Source: Candidatus Poribacteria bacterium
GTDB lineage: Bacteria; Poribacteria; WGA-4E; WGA-3G
Length of the DNA stretch: 64,000 nt
Reading direction: 5' to 3'
Assembly: GCA_965205015.1 (NCBI GenBank)
Contig: OZ242029.1
Span: forward strand, 2,624,001 to 2,688,000
A program made the translations under genes and the position numbers. Within the stretch, counting starts at the first letter, position 1; the number at the start of each line of letters is the position of its first letter. The notes under the pieces are model-generated. The model saw only the letters and a program-made list of their open reading frames with translations. It was not told the DNA's origin and ran no database searches. Of this stretch, positions 10,598 through 20,808 are shown piece by piece.

Positions 10598-11107
10598 ATG
10601 CAGGATGCCGTAAAGATTACCGATGAGGTGCAATTCCTTGATGCTTCCAACGTTAAAATTGCGCGAAATTCGTTTGAGGAACTCATGGTTGAACTACCAG
10701 ACGGCGCAAGTCACACAAACGTTGAAGCAGTTCGGTCCTTCCCACTTACCGATTCTAACAAATATATCACGCTGCTGGATAGTGAAGGGGAGGAAATCGG
10801 TATCATTCAGGATATCAAACAGTTACCTCGCGAGTCAGCGGAAATCCTCGTGTCCGAGCTGCAAAAGCGGTATTTTATGCCGAAGATCACTAAGATCCAC
10901 GAGTTGGAAGGTGAGTTCGGTGTTACGCGGTGGGTGGTAGAAACGAACCGCGGTCCTGTCACGTTTGGCATGCGTACCCGATATGATGTCGTCAGTCTGG
11001 AGAATGGACGGGTGCTTATTAAAGATGCCGATGGCAATCGTTACGAGATTGAGAATTATCACCGTTTGGATCCAGCGAGTCTCGCCCTGCTTGAAACACA
11101 ATTATAG
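10598..11107 (+). CDS. DUF1854-family protein
   Basis: VRSFPLT...YITLLD.EG.EIG, RYFMPKITKI, W.VETNRG and LIKDADGNRYEI pattern; lies directly downstream of the ABC exporter. Confidence 0.8.
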   Translation: MQDAVKITDEVQFLDASNVKIARNSFEELMVELPDGASHTNVEAVRSFPLTDSNKYITLLDSEGEEIGIIQDIKQLPRESAEILVSELQKRYFMPKITKIHELEGEFGVTRWVVETNRGPVTFGMRTRYDVVSLENGRVLIKDADGNRYEIENYHRLDPASLALLETQL

Positions 11108-11194
11108 TCCTTTGCTCCAATAGTACAACTCAATTTTAAGGCGCAGTTTCCTATATGAGGCTATTCGTCAACGGGATCGCGCCTCTCTTTTTAT

Positions 11195-11315
11195 TTATGG
11201 TAAAACCCGTAATTACTTATACACCAACACAAGGGCGAGGATACAATCCTCGCCAGCGGTGGTGGGGTGTTTGTTCCCTGACGAACTGTAAACATATTTT
11301 TGGATTTTACTATAA
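11195..11315. repeat. MITE-like element with TTATAGTAAAATCC-type terminal inverted repeats
   Basis: ttatggtaaaaccc matches the reverse complement of ggattttactataa at 12/14; internal palindrome ggcgaggatacaatcctcgcc. Confidence 0.55.
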
Positions 11316-11359
11316 AGGAAGTAGCACAGCTGGATGTACATCTACGGAGGTTGGTAAGC

Positions 11360-12484
11360 GTGGAAAACGTAAAAATTGAACGCATTGAATGGGCACGCTT
11401 GACGGGTGAACGTCCCCGTAAAGCGGGTTGCAATTCTCGGCTTGGTGAACATGGGTTGCACGTCCGTCCCGCTATAGCCCGTATAACAACAACGGATGGC
11501 GCGAGCGGCTTCGGATTTTCACCGATTTCTCATGAAAAAGCGCAAGAGATTGTTGGGTTTCAACTCAGGGATGCCTTCGATGCAGAGAGCGGTGTCACTG
11601 AAGAATTCAGGATGTTGGAGTATCCACTCTGGGACTTGGTAGGAAAATTGGCGCAAAAACCGGTCTACGCGATGCTTTCTGGAGAAAACGGAGCGTTTCG
11701 CGCCCCGTGTTACGATACCTCGCTTTATATTGATGATTTGCACCTTGAAGACAATGCTGAGGCGGCGGCGCTCATTGCCTCTGAAGCGTTAGAGGGAAAG
11801 GCGCGCGGGCATAATGCCTACAAAATCAAAGTAGGGCGCGGCGCGATGCACATGCCACTCGACAAAGGGACCCAACGGGACATTGATGTTATCTGCGCTG
11901 TCCGCGAGGCTGTCGGACCCGATGCTTCGATTTTGATAGATGCAAACAATGGCTACAATCTGAATCTCACGAAACAGGTGCTCGGCGGCGCGGCGGATGC
12001 AAACGTCTATTGGATGGAAGAGGCATTCCACGAGGATGCCCGTGTCTATAGCCTGTTGAAAGAATGGCTAAACGCTGAAGGTTTAGAAACCCGTATCGCG
12101 GATGGAGAAGGGGGTGCCTCACCGAATTTGGTAGATTGGGCGAAAGAGGGACTCATTGACATCGTCCAATACGATATTTTTTACCCTGGCTTCTCACGTT
12201 GGCTTGAGTTGGGACCCGAATTGGATGCATCCGGTGTTGGCACGGCACCCCATCACTACGGTGGTCACTACGGTAATTATGTCACCGGTCATCTTGCAGC
12301 GAAGGTAAATCGGTTTGAATTCGTCGAATGGGATCACGCAACGACACCAGGTTTAGACGATTCCGGATATTCCATATCAAATGGCTATGTAAACATCCCA
12401 CAAAGTCCCGGTTTCGGCTTGAATCTGGAGGAGGCACCCTATCAAAAAGCGAAGGAAGAAAACGGGTTTGAGGTTCGGGTGTAG
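11360..12484 (+). CDS. Mandelate racemase/muconate lactonizing enzyme (enolase superfamily) protein
   Basis: GTG at 11360 after ggagg; YKIKVG, LIDANNG, WMEE, ADGE and PGFGL motifs. Confidence 0.85.
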   Translation: MENVKIERIEWARLTGERPRKAGCNSRLGEHGLHVRPAIARITTTDGASGFGFSPISHEKAQEIVGFQLRDAFDAESGVTEEFRMLEYPLWDLVGKLAQKPVYAMLSGENGAFRAPCYDTSLYIDDLHLEDNAEAAALIASEALEGKARGHNAYKIKVGRGAMHMPLDKGTQRDIDVICAVREAVGPDASILIDANNGYNLNLTKQVLGGAADANVYWMEEAFHEDARVYSLLKEWLNAEGLETRIADGEGGASPNLVDWAKEGLIDIVQYDIFYPGFSRWLELGPELDASGVGTAPHHYGGHYGNYVTGHLAAKVNRFEFVEWDHATTPGLDDSGYSISNGYVNIPQSPGFGLNLEEAPYQKAKEENGFEVRV

Positions 12485-12556
12485 TTAAGTCGTGTGAGCA
12501 TCAGCGTCAAGCCGTTGTGAATGATGCTCATCGGAAACCGGAGGAGGAACAGGACC

Positions 12557-13294
12557 ATGGCATATTTAACGAAAGCAGATAAAACATTCTTTAAAGAAAA
12601 TGGCTATTTGGTTGTCCGCAGTGCGCTGGATCAGGAAGCGATTGATGCCGCACTGGACCGACTCTGGGAAGCAATGGACGAAGACAGGAACGACCCAGAA
12701 TCATGGATACGCCAAGGTTACCGCACGGTACCTGTTGGTAGTGAAGAAGTTATCAGTAGTACAACGTATAGCAACCGGGTCTTCGCTATGGCAGAGGAGC
12801 TTGTTGGCAAGGGCAAATTGAATACGAGCGGTGGTGCTGGACCGCATATCAATTTTCCAGATCCAGACAGAAAATGGAATGAACCGATGGGACATCTCGA
12901 CGGTTATCACACCCCTACGAATGGTGTGCCGAAAGGTGTCGTTAGTTCGTTCACGCTGGGTGCTACGGTTTATCTGAGTACCGTTGAAAAACAGGGCGGG
13001 GGATTTACGGTCTGGCCCGGAAGCCATCGGATTTGGGCAGAGTATTTCAGACACCATGACTTGGATAGCCTTCCAGGCGGTATCGCCCCATTTGATTTAG
13101 GACCGAGTTACGAATTCACCGGTGAGGCAGGCGATGTGTGTTTCTGGCATCATCAGATGAGCCATACGGCGGGTCCGAACTGTGGGCGCAATGTCCGAAT
13201 TGCATGCATTAGTAGATACCGCCGAAAAGATCTCGACGCGATTAAGTTTGAAACTCCTGATGATATGTGGAAATATTGGGAGGGGATTTCATAA
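12557..13294 (+). CDS. Phytanoyl-CoA dioxygenase (PhyH)-family Fe(II)/2OG oxygenase
   Basis: FFKENGYLVV, HLD, GGFTVWPGSH and AGDVCFWH...H..G.N motifs. Confidence 0.88.
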   Translation: MAYLTKADKTFFKENGYLVVRSALDQEAIDAALDRLWEAMDEDRNDPESWIRQGYRTVPVGSEEVISSTTYSNRVFAMAEELVGKGKLNTSGGAGPHINFPDPDRKWNEPMGHLDGYHTPTNGVPKGVVSSFTLGATVYLSTVEKQGGGFTVWPGSHRIWAEYFRHHDLDSLPGGIAPFDLGPSYEFTGEAGDVCFWHHQMSHTAGPNCGRNVRIACISRYRRKDLDAIKFETPDDMWKYWEGIS

Positions 13295-13492
13295 GATCTG
13301 GGTTTCTTACCCAGCATCAAATTCCCTTATGTTGGGCACTTGCATAGGCTCCAAAAGCGCCCTCGTAGATACACCGAAATTTTAACTTGTCAGATGTTTT
13401 GATATATGTTATGCTTTTCTTAATTTGATTTGATGGGAAGCAACAATATCAACCTTTGGTTCGTAGAGGAAACATGTTAGGGAAAATTCGGA

Positions 13493-13957
13493 ATGGACCT
13501 GTATCTGAATCCTGCCAAAATCACCGAGATAATAGGTGTGGAAGAAGAAATAATTAACCGAACCTTAGAGCGAAAAGATGTGGACATTGCGCCATATCTG
13601 CGCGTCGTCTCTGCCCCACCGGAAAATCCCCAAGGTCGTCCGGCGCCACAAGTTCAGTTAAGAATTGACGGTCTTGCACTGTTGATAAAAAAACTCACCT
13701 ATAATATTCCAACGGATGATATTATTGAGAATCTCAGCTGCCAGATTTTTCATATTACACATTTAAGGGAAACTTGTGAAAGATTGGAAGGAGAGAAGAA
13801 AGCACTTATCGTCGAAAATGAGCAACTCCAGGAAAGGATCGAAGCTGTCCGAGCTGAGAGAAAGGCTTTGTCCGTAGAGGTTAACGATCTGAAGAGTCAA
13901 CTAATTGCGGAACAATCCAAAACCTGGGTAGACCGTTTGCTAAAACGGGGAGAGTGA
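13493..13957 (+). CDS. Hypothetical protein: putative HTH, coiled coil and amphipathic C-terminal helix
   Basis: Heptad-rich C-terminal half; ends SKTWVDRLLKRGE. Confidence 0.7.
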   Translation: MDLYLNPAKITEIIGVEEEIINRTLERKDVDIAPYLRVVSAPPENPQGRPAPQVQLRIDGLALLIKKLTYNIPTDDIIENLSCQIFHITHLRETCERLEGEKKALIVENEQLQERIEAVRAERKALSVEVNDLKSQLIAEQSKTWVDRLLKRGE

Positions 13958-14012
13958 TAGATCTGAGCCAACAAGGCTACAGGCGCTACCCTCACAGGTA
14001 TAGAAAATCGCT

Positions 14013-14633
14013 ATGGAAAAAGAAAAGCGGAATCAACTGTTTACGATCGGGTTCTTCGTTTTTGGCATGGTCTTTCTCTATGTAGAAGGTATCTCATTCG
14101 CCCCATCCCTCATCGTCCAGAATGCCGTTTTGCTCAAAGGTATCGCCTTGGTGCTGCTGAGCATCGCTGCGATCCTCGCGGGTACTGCCTTTGAGAATAA
14201 ACGGAACATCGCTATCATTTCCGGCATAGGTTTAGCGATGAGTCTCGGATTTCTCTATCTGCCTGTTCCTTCAATCTTGCGTGGTTCAGCGTTCCATGTA
14301 CTGTTCGCCTGTGCGATTGCGTTTGGCATGACGATCGCAGCGAGGCGAGCGGCGACTATCGGTTCAGCCGCTTTTGCGTGCATCGGCGTGGTTTTTCTTT
14401 ACCAACCTTTCTTTCCAGTGCTTAATAGCACCGCTTTACATCTACTTCTTCCCGGAGTCATCGTTTTCTCGATCGTTTTTTCGCAGAAGACCGTGTGTGA
14501 GCAAATTTCTGTCGGTTTGATCGCGCTGGGTTTAATCGCGCTCTGTCAACCTTTTCTGATGCTATTTTATCAAACCGGTTTCCAACTTTTGCTTGTGGGA
14601 TTAACAGGATTTATTGTCGCAGCGCATCGATAG
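14013..14633 (+). CDS. Hypothetical integral membrane protein (about 8 TM, internal repeat)
   Basis: Almost entirely hydrophobic; repeated L.QPF...L...F.LLL.G unit. Confidence 0.75.
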   Translation: MEKEKRNQLFTIGFFVFGMVFLYVEGISFAPSLIVQNAVLLKGIALVLLSIAAILAGTAFENKRNIAIISGIGLAMSLGFLYLPVPSILRGSAFHVLFACAIAFGMTIAARRAATIGSAAFACIGVVFLYQPFFPVLNSTALHLLLPGVIVFSIVFSQKTVCEQISVGLIALGLIALCQPFLMLFYQTGFQLLLVGLTGFIVAAHR

Positions 14634-14640
14634 TTCCACA

Positions 14641-14665
14641 GGGTAGGTACGAGACCTACCCCTAC
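14641..14665 (-). repeat. GTAGGGG-type REP palindrome
   Basis: Reverse complement gtaggggtaggtctcgtacctaccc; near-identical copy at 42308-42332. Confidence 0.6.
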
Positions 14666-14703
14666 AACATTTCATAGGGATTTTCGGTTAAGTCCAGCCG
14701 CCT

Positions 14704-15933
14704 TTGGATTATGAAAGATTTCCTAACACGTCAGAATCTGCATTCTCACTGCGATACAGCACCTCAGAAGTAACCGATAAAAAATTGTCAAACAAAGATT
14801 CCAGTCTTTCTCCCAGTCTCAAGAGAAAAAAAGTTGTGATAGTCGGTGCCGGGGTCATCGGTGCAGCGATCGCGTATCATCTGTCCCGACGAAACGGTAT
14901 TACTGTAACGGTGCTGGAGCGCGACCTTCCCGGTGCCGGGGCATCCGGACACTCTTTCGCGTGGGCAAATGCTTTTGGGAAAGAGCCGCGGGACTACCAT
15001 ACCCTCAACCGGCGTTCCTTGGATATGTGGTACCGGCTCGCATATCAACTGGATGCGGATATAGGTATTCACTATGGCGGCGAAATGCGGTGGGAAAACG
15101 ATCCACAACGTGCGACACAACTCCGTCAACGCATCCAACACATTCAGGGGTGGGGGTACCCGTGTCGGCTGATCACCCGTGATGAGATGTTGGCACTTGA
15201 GCCAGATTTGCACCTTGGCACTGTCGCAGCCGCATCCTTTTCTGAAGCTGATATCCACATTGAGACCGATAGATTCATCGATGTGTGTCTCCAACGGGCG
15301 TGCGAGGTGGGTGCGGTTGTGCATCCGCACACCAGTGTTACTGGGTTTGTTATTCGTGCTGGTAGGGTCGCTGCTGTCAAAACCACCGATGCCGAATTTC
15401 CGTGTGATGGTGTCGTTTTAGCAAGCGGTGTTCAGACGACTGAGCTCGCGTCCTTAGTGCATGCACATATCCCGCAACAACGGAGTCCAGGGATCGTTAT
15501 TAAGACAACCGCGTGTGCTAAAGTTTTAAACAACGTCGCGATTATCCACGCGCCTCCGACAGATGAGAACCATCAGCACCTCCACCTCCGGCAAATGGCT
15601 GATGGGAGTCTTAGAATCGGACAGGGGACGCAAGAAGGGATAAACCGTGATGATTCACAGCAGCACGCCGATGCACTCCTCGCTCGTGCCAAAGCTTATT
15701 TGCCAGTGATAGGGGACGCTGAAGCGATTCCAACACCGGTTGGCTATCGTCCAATGCCGCTTGATGGGTTTCCGGTACTTGGGTTTACCGAGGCGGTTCA
15801 AAATTTGTATATCGCCTTAATGCACAGCGGTGTAACATTAGCACCTTTGGTGGGTGAAATGGCAAGTTTGGAAATTGCCGACGATGCACGGGTGGATTGG
15901 TTCGCGTCCTACCGACCTGAACGGTTTGGGTAG
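14704..15933 (+). CDS. FAD-dependent oxidoreductase (DAO/glycine oxidase family); start uncertain, possibly TTG at 14785
   Basis: VVIVGAGVIG, GASGHSFAW, GYRPMPLDG.P..G and HSGVTLAP motifs. Confidence 0.88.
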   Translation: MDYERFPNTSESAFSLRYSTSEVTDKKLSNKDSSLSPSLKRKKVVIVGAGVIGAAIAYHLSRRNGITVTVLERDLPGAGASGHSFAWANAFGKEPRDYHTLNRRSLDMWYRLAYQLDADIGIHYGGEMRWENDPQRATQLRQRIQHIQGWGYPCRLITRDEMLALEPDLHLGTVAAASFSEADIHIETDRFIDVCLQRACEVGAVVHPHTSVTGFVIRAGRVAAVKTTDAEFPCDGVVLASGVQTTELASLVHAHIPQQRSPGIVIKTTACAKVLNNVAIIHAPPTDENHQHLHLRQMADGSLRIGQGTQEGINRDDSQQHADALLARAKAYLPVIGDAEAIPTPVGYRPMPLDGFPVLGFTEAVQNLYIALMHSGVTLAPLVGEMASLEIADDARVDWFASYRPERFG

Positions 15934-15959
15934 GTTGTACGGTCCGTCTGATAATCTTA

Positions 15960-16829
15960 TCAATCACGGTTCAGGCTTTCATAGTGATCGGTGTACACCT
16001 TCACCAAATCCCCCTTCCGAAAACCGGGGACAGCCGTAGCACATTCCTGTGCCAGGCGTTCGTAATCAATCCTCATCAGCCGCGCTAAGACGGTCGGATT
16101 TTGTGCTTTTAAAAGCATCCACTGTTTATTCCGTTCGCACTGCTTTTCATCTATCTCTCTCCGAGAATAATCCTGCCATCCTTGACACGGCACAGCGAAA
16201 TCAAACGGATTTTGAAAGACTTTCAAAGCGTTAGGTGTGTTGTTGTACTGCCACATCTGAAAATCTTGATGTTGAATTGGTAAGCGTTTATAGTGTCGCA
16301 TGTCCGGACGGGTGCTTACTAAACGGGTCCATATTTGGAATTCCGTATTTACCGAATAGGATTTACCGGTTTCGAGGTGGAACGCATCTCTTGGGAGTGG
16401 CAATTTACTGATAAACCGCATGCTGACATCAAGCCGCTTGTGCGTGCCAAACTTTCGGAAATTGACGGGGACAATAAACGCGACAATATCCGCCAGATGG
16501 GCAGCATGGTTAAAGAAGTCTATCGCTAATTTTCCACGCTTGCCGAAAGGAGGATTACCGATAATGGCGGTATCTCTGCGTGTAAACGGGAAATCGGTGA
16601 CTTCAAAAAAGTCTTGGGACTTCACATTCCTACATTTTGGCACGAGATCTATGCCTAACCGCTTTTCCGGCGGTAAGAGTTTATAAAACGCACCAGTGCC
16701 AGCGGCAGGCTCTACGAAAAAGAGGTCGCTGAGACTTCGGTTTAAGGTTGAAAGCGTCTCCGTGAAATGCTCCCAACATGCCCGCGCGACCTCTGGTTTC
16801 GTATAAAATTGGTCTAATGAATGTTGCAC
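15960..16829 (-). CDS. Orphan N6-adenine DNA methyltransferase (gamma-type motif order)
   Basis: LDQFYTKP, FVEPAAGTGAF (motif I) and IIGNPPFG (motif IV); probable GTG start at 16829. Confidence 0.8.
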   Translation of the reverse strand: MQHSLDQFYTKPEVARACWEHFTETLSTLNRSLSDLFFVEPAAGTGAFYKLLPPEKRLGIDLVPKCRNVKSQDFFEVTDFPFTRRDTAIIGNPPFGKRGKLAIDFFNHAAHLADIVAFIVPVNFRKFGTHKRLDVSMRFISKLPLPRDAFHLETGKSYSVNTEFQIWTRLVSTRPDMRHYKRLPIQHQDFQMWQYNNTPNALKVFQNPFDFAVPCQGWQDYSRREIDEKQCERNKQWMLLKAQNPTVLARLMRIDYERLAQECATAVPGFRKGDLVKVYTDHYESLNRD

Positions 16830-16872
16830 GATTTTTGTGAGTGATCGGAAAGTCACGTCTCTCAACGGTGGA

Positions 16873-18039
16873 TTACTCAAAGAGTACCAACTCGCCATCC
16901 GTGACGATCAGGACTTTCGCGTCGTAAACCGCATCCCCGTTAGCATCAAAAGAGAACTTACCGAAAATTGTGTCGAAATCTTTGATACTTGCGAGCGCGT
17001 CTCGAATCGCTGTGGGATCGGTTGATTGTGCCTTCGCGATCGCCTCCCTCAGAATATAAAGAGCTGCATACGATCTTGCGACGTAGTTATTTGGTGTTGT
17101 GCCGTATGTCTCACTGTAATTCTGGACGAAAGTTTGATTTCCTGGTGTGTCAACAGCGGTGCCCCATCCTACAAAAGTTATCGCGCCCTCGGCAGCTGCG
17201 CCTGCGGCTTGCACATCTGTTCCACCCAAGGTCCGCACTATAAACGGCGCAGTTATACCGAGTTGGTGCCTTTGGATGAGCATCCCAGGTTTTTCAGGGG
17301 ATAGAGATGAGAAAAAAATAACCTCAGGATTTAATTCCTTTATCCGGGTGAGTTGTGTGGAAAAGTCGGTATCACCGCCTTTGAAAGTTTCCGGAGACAG
17401 CACTTCAATCCCACGCGTCTTGAGGATTTCCCGCACTGCCACATCTCCATCCGTAGAGAAAAGATCTGTTTCATCATAGATCGTAGCGGCTTTTTGGTAA
17501 CCGAGTTTTGTTTGTGTTACTTCAATACCGGCAGGAACGAGTGCATCTGTGGTAAGTGAGACCCGAAAGACAAAGTCTCCAATCGCGCTGAGACCGCGTG
17601 CGGCGGAAACCGAACTTATCGCCACCACCTGATTTTCCTGCGCGATCGGAAACGCCATCTCAGTTTGGCTTGAGGTAGCAGGTCCGAGGATAACAGACAC
17701 ACCTTCTTGATGGATCAGCTGATTGAAGGCCGCGACTGCGCCTTCTATCGTGCTCTGATCGTCTTTGGTGATGAATTTGAGTTTCACACCGTTGGAGTGT
17801 GTGTTATTAATTTCGCGCAGTGCTAATTCAAAACCCTGCTGCATTGGTTTACCAAGCGAGTCAGCCAGTCGTCCTGTCAGCGGTAAGACGACACCGATGG
17901 AAATATCTTCACTGACTTCCGTCATCTGAGGTGTGGTGGGTTGGATAACTCGGGAAATTCGATCACAGGCGGAAAATCCGACAATCAGTACAACAATCGC
18001 GAGTAGAAATGCAAACAGTGTGAATTTTTGGGTATTCAT
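16873..18039 (-). CDS. ABC transporter substrate-binding lipoprotein, LivK/LivJ family
   Basis: Lipobox FSAC; IGVVLPLTG, ILGPATSS and TDFSTQLTRIK motifs; ATG at 18039 after aaggag. Confidence 0.88.
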   Translation of the reverse strand: MNTQKFTLFAFLLAIVVLIVGFSACDRISRVIQPTTPQMTEVSEDISIGVVLPLTGRLADSLGKPMQQGFELALREINNTHSNGVKLKFITKDDQSTIEGAVAAFNQLIHQEGVSVILGPATSSQTEMAFPIAQENQVVAISSVSAARGLSAIGDFVFRVSLTTDALVPAGIEVTQTKLGYQKAATIYDETDLFSTDGDVAVREILKTRGIEVLSPETFKGGDTDFSTQLTRIKELNPEVIFFSSLSPEKPGMLIQRHQLGITAPFIVRTLGGTDVQAAGAAAEGAITFVGWGTAVDTPGNQTFVQNYSETYGTTPNNYVARSYAALYILREAIAKAQSTDPTAIRDALASIKDFDTIFGKFSFDANGDAVYDAKVLIVTDGELVLFE

Positions 18040-18190
18040 AAAACTCCTTTGGTGGCATACGAAATGTATGCTTTCGTCTATTGACAGCACCCGAAGTGCT
18101 TATTGTTTTAACATTCTAATTATATCATTTTCGCGCTGAAATTCAAAATAAAATCGCCTTGCCTCCCAATCAGAGGCATTCAATTCGCCT

Positions 18191-18214
18191 GTAGGAGCGA
18201 TCTCCTGATCGCGA
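18191..18214 (+). repeat. GTAG-type REP palindrome flanked by 11-bp direct repeats
   Basis: gtaggagcgatctcctgatcgcga; tgcctcccaat at 18160-18170 and 18244-18254. Confidence 0.55.
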
Positions 18215-18342
18215 CCTTCTGCTCTATAGGAGCCATCGCCTACTGCCTCCCAATTGTATCCGGTTGACCAATTTTCTGTTCCGCGGTATATTATAAGGAA
18301 TTAAAGCGTCAGAACAGGCAACTTCATATCGAACGGAGTAAC

Positions 18343-19344
18343 ATGACAACTGAAGCAAAATCACCCGTCCGCTGGGGGATCCTCAGCACAGCAAACATCG
18401 CAACAAAGGTCGCCCGTGCGATGCATCTCGCCGAAAACGCGGATTTGGTTGCGGTTGCGAGTCGGACCGAGGAACGCGCTGCAACATGGGCACAAGGGCA
18501 CAATATTCCCATGGCTTACGGCACCTACGATGCACTTCTTGCCGACGCATCGCTTGATGCCATCTACATTCCGTTACCACCCTCACTTCACGCCGAATGG
18601 ACAATTAAAGCCGCCGAACACGGCAAACACGTCCTCTGTGAGAAACCGCTCGCTGCAAACACTGATGAGGCGATCGCAATGGCAGATGCTTGTCGCCAAA
18701 ATGGTGTACAACTCATGGACGGTGTGATGTGGGTTCACCATGAACGCACCACGGCGATGCAGCAGCAATTAAGGAATGGCACTCTTGGGCGGCTCCGACG
18801 CGTGACAGCGGCGTTTACTTTCAATTGGGACACAATTCCTGTTGGAAATATCCGGGCAATGAAGGAGTTCGCAGGTGGCAGTCTCGGAGACTTAGGCTAC
18901 TACTGTGTCCGCGCAATTCTCTGGGCATTCGAGGAGCTGCCGACACAGGTGTTCGCGACGGCGCGTTACAAAGTCGGCGTGGATTTTAATCTTGCGGGGA
19001 TCCTCTGGTTCAGCGATGAACGCATCGCTACTTTAGATTGTGGGTTTGATACGGGTCTTCGGAAGTGGTTTGAGGTTGCTGGCACACGGGCATCAATCGT
19101 TTGTGATGATTTCACCGTCCCGACAGCTGAGGACTCCGCTCGGTTTTGGGTGCATGGACCAGACGGAAACGAACAGAACACGATTGAGGGGGGCATTCAG
19201 GAGGTCACAATGATTGAGCGGTTCTCCCGTATCGTGCAATCTGGAAATCTTGAGGAGAAATGGTCCCAAGTGGCGGTAGACACGATGCGCGTCTGCGATG
19301 CCTTACTTGAATCAGATCGACGTAAAGAAGTGGTCAAACTCTAA
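18343..19344 (+). CDS. Gfo/Idh/MocA-family oxidoreductase
   Basis: WGILSTANIA, GKHVLCEKP and GGSLGDLGYY motifs. Confidence 0.92.
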   Translation: MTTEAKSPVRWGILSTANIATKVARAMHLAENADLVAVASRTEERAATWAQGHNIPMAYGTYDALLADASLDAIYIPLPPSLHAEWTIKAAEHGKHVLCEKPLAANTDEAIAMADACRQNGVQLMDGVMWVHHERTTAMQQQLRNGTLGRLRRVTAAFTFNWDTIPVGNIRAMKEFAGGSLGDLGYYCVRAILWAFEELPTQVFATARYKVGVDFNLAGILWFSDERIATLDCGFDTGLRKWFEVAGTRASIVCDDFTVPTAEDSARFWVHGPDGNEQNTIEGGIQEVTMIERFSRIVQSGNLEEKWSQVAVDTMRVCDALLESDRRKEVVKL

Positions 19345-19371
19345 TACTGGAAACATCAATTGAGGATTTCT

Positions 19372-20559
19372 ATGAAAATTACAAATATTGAAACGTTTAT
19401 TGTGGATGCTGGATGGCGTCCGTGGACTTTTGTGAAGGTCGAAACCGACGAAGGTGTCACTGGCTACGGTGAATGTAGCGACGGCAGGAACCCTAACGGC
19501 GTGGTAGGAACGATCAAGGACTTTACCCCACTGATGGTTGGCAGGGATCCGCGTGCCTATGAGATGCGGTTTTGGGACATGATTCGCGGCTCTCGGCAGA
19601 GTCCTGGCGGCATTGCGGCGAAAGCGATTGCCGGTATTGAGTGTGCGCTGGTAGATATTAAGGCGAAAGCGTTGGGAATCTCGGTTGTTGAGTTATTTGG
19701 TGGACCGACACGCGATGACGTACGCGTCTACTGGTCGCACTGTGGTTCTTCTCGGGCACGCAACTATGAACTCATCGGGGTTCCGCCCTTAAAAAGCATG
19801 GATTCCATCGCGGCATTAGGACGTGAAGTGGTCGAGAGAGGATTCACCGCGCTCAAAACCAACGTCATTTTCCCCGGCGACACCGCATCCGTCCATTTCG
19901 GAGGTTTTGGGGGTGGACCCGGTACGACCGATGGAAATGTAACGTCTCAAGTGCTACGCCACATTGAAACCTTAATCGGCACCTTCAGAGAAGCCGTTGG
20001 TCCCGATGTCAGTATCAACCTCGATCTGAATTTCAACTTCAAACCCGAGGCGTGCATGCGTATCGCCAAAGTCCTTGAGCAGTTCGATATGCTGTGGTTA
20101 GAGATTGATATGTACGACCACGAGGCTATCCGGCAGATCAAGGATTCTACGACGACGAAGATATGTACCGGCGAAAACCTCTATTACATGCGCGAGTACC
20201 TTCCTTACTTTGAGTGCCGTGCCGCCGATGTATTCATGATAGACGTGCCGTGGAACGGATTCGCACCCTCAAAGAAAATCGGTGACTTGGCAAACGTGTT
20301 CCAACTCAACGTCGCACCGCACAACTACTACAGTCACCTTGCGACTCACATGAGCGCGAGTCTTTGTGCTGTGCTGCCCAATGTACGGATCATGGAGATT
20401 GATATTGATGATGTCCCGTGGAAAGATGACTTGACGACGCACGTCCCAGATATTACGGATGGATACATGAAAATCCCGACGCGTCCCGGATGGGGAACGG
20501 ATCTCAACGAAGAGGTTGCTAAAGCACATCCTTGGCCCGACCGGAGAGGGGAATGGTAA
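19372..20559 (+). CDS. Mandelate racemase-family acid-sugar dehydratase (DgoD-like)
   Basis: MKITNIETF, VKVETDEGVTGYGE, ICTGE, VAPHN and RPGWG motifs. Confidence 0.88.
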   Translation: MKITNIETFIVDAGWRPWTFVKVETDEGVTGYGECSDGRNPNGVVGTIKDFTPLMVGRDPRAYEMRFWDMIRGSRQSPGGIAAKAIAGIECALVDIKAKALGISVVELFGGPTRDDVRVYWSHCGSSRARNYELIGVPPLKSMDSIAALGREVVERGFTALKTNVIFPGDTASVHFGGFGGGPGTTDGNVTSQVLRHIETLIGTFREAVGPDVSINLDLNFNFKPEACMRIAKVLEQFDMLWLEIDMYDHEAIRQIKDSTTTKICTGENLYYMREYLPYFECRAADVFMIDVPWNGFAPSKKIGDLANVFQLNVAPHNYYSHLATHMSASLCAVLPNVRIMEIDIDDVPWKDDLTTHVPDITDGYMKIPTRPGWGTDLNEEVAKAHPWPDRRGEW

Positions 20560-20808
20560 ATGGGCAGGAGGCGAAAACTCAAGCGATGAAACTTAGAAGC
20601 GTCAGTTTGGCAAGACATCTACCAGCATTCCGAACATACCTGCTTAATCTGATGTAGCGGGATTAGCTGTTGAAGTTGAAATGGAATACAGAGATATAAC
20701 ACAAGAGACAGTGTTTGCAGTAGATTTGCATTGCACCACCCGCGGATCGCTACCGAGATTTATCTCTTTACGTTTTCGTCCTACGTCATATAGCTGGACA
20801 GCAGCTGC

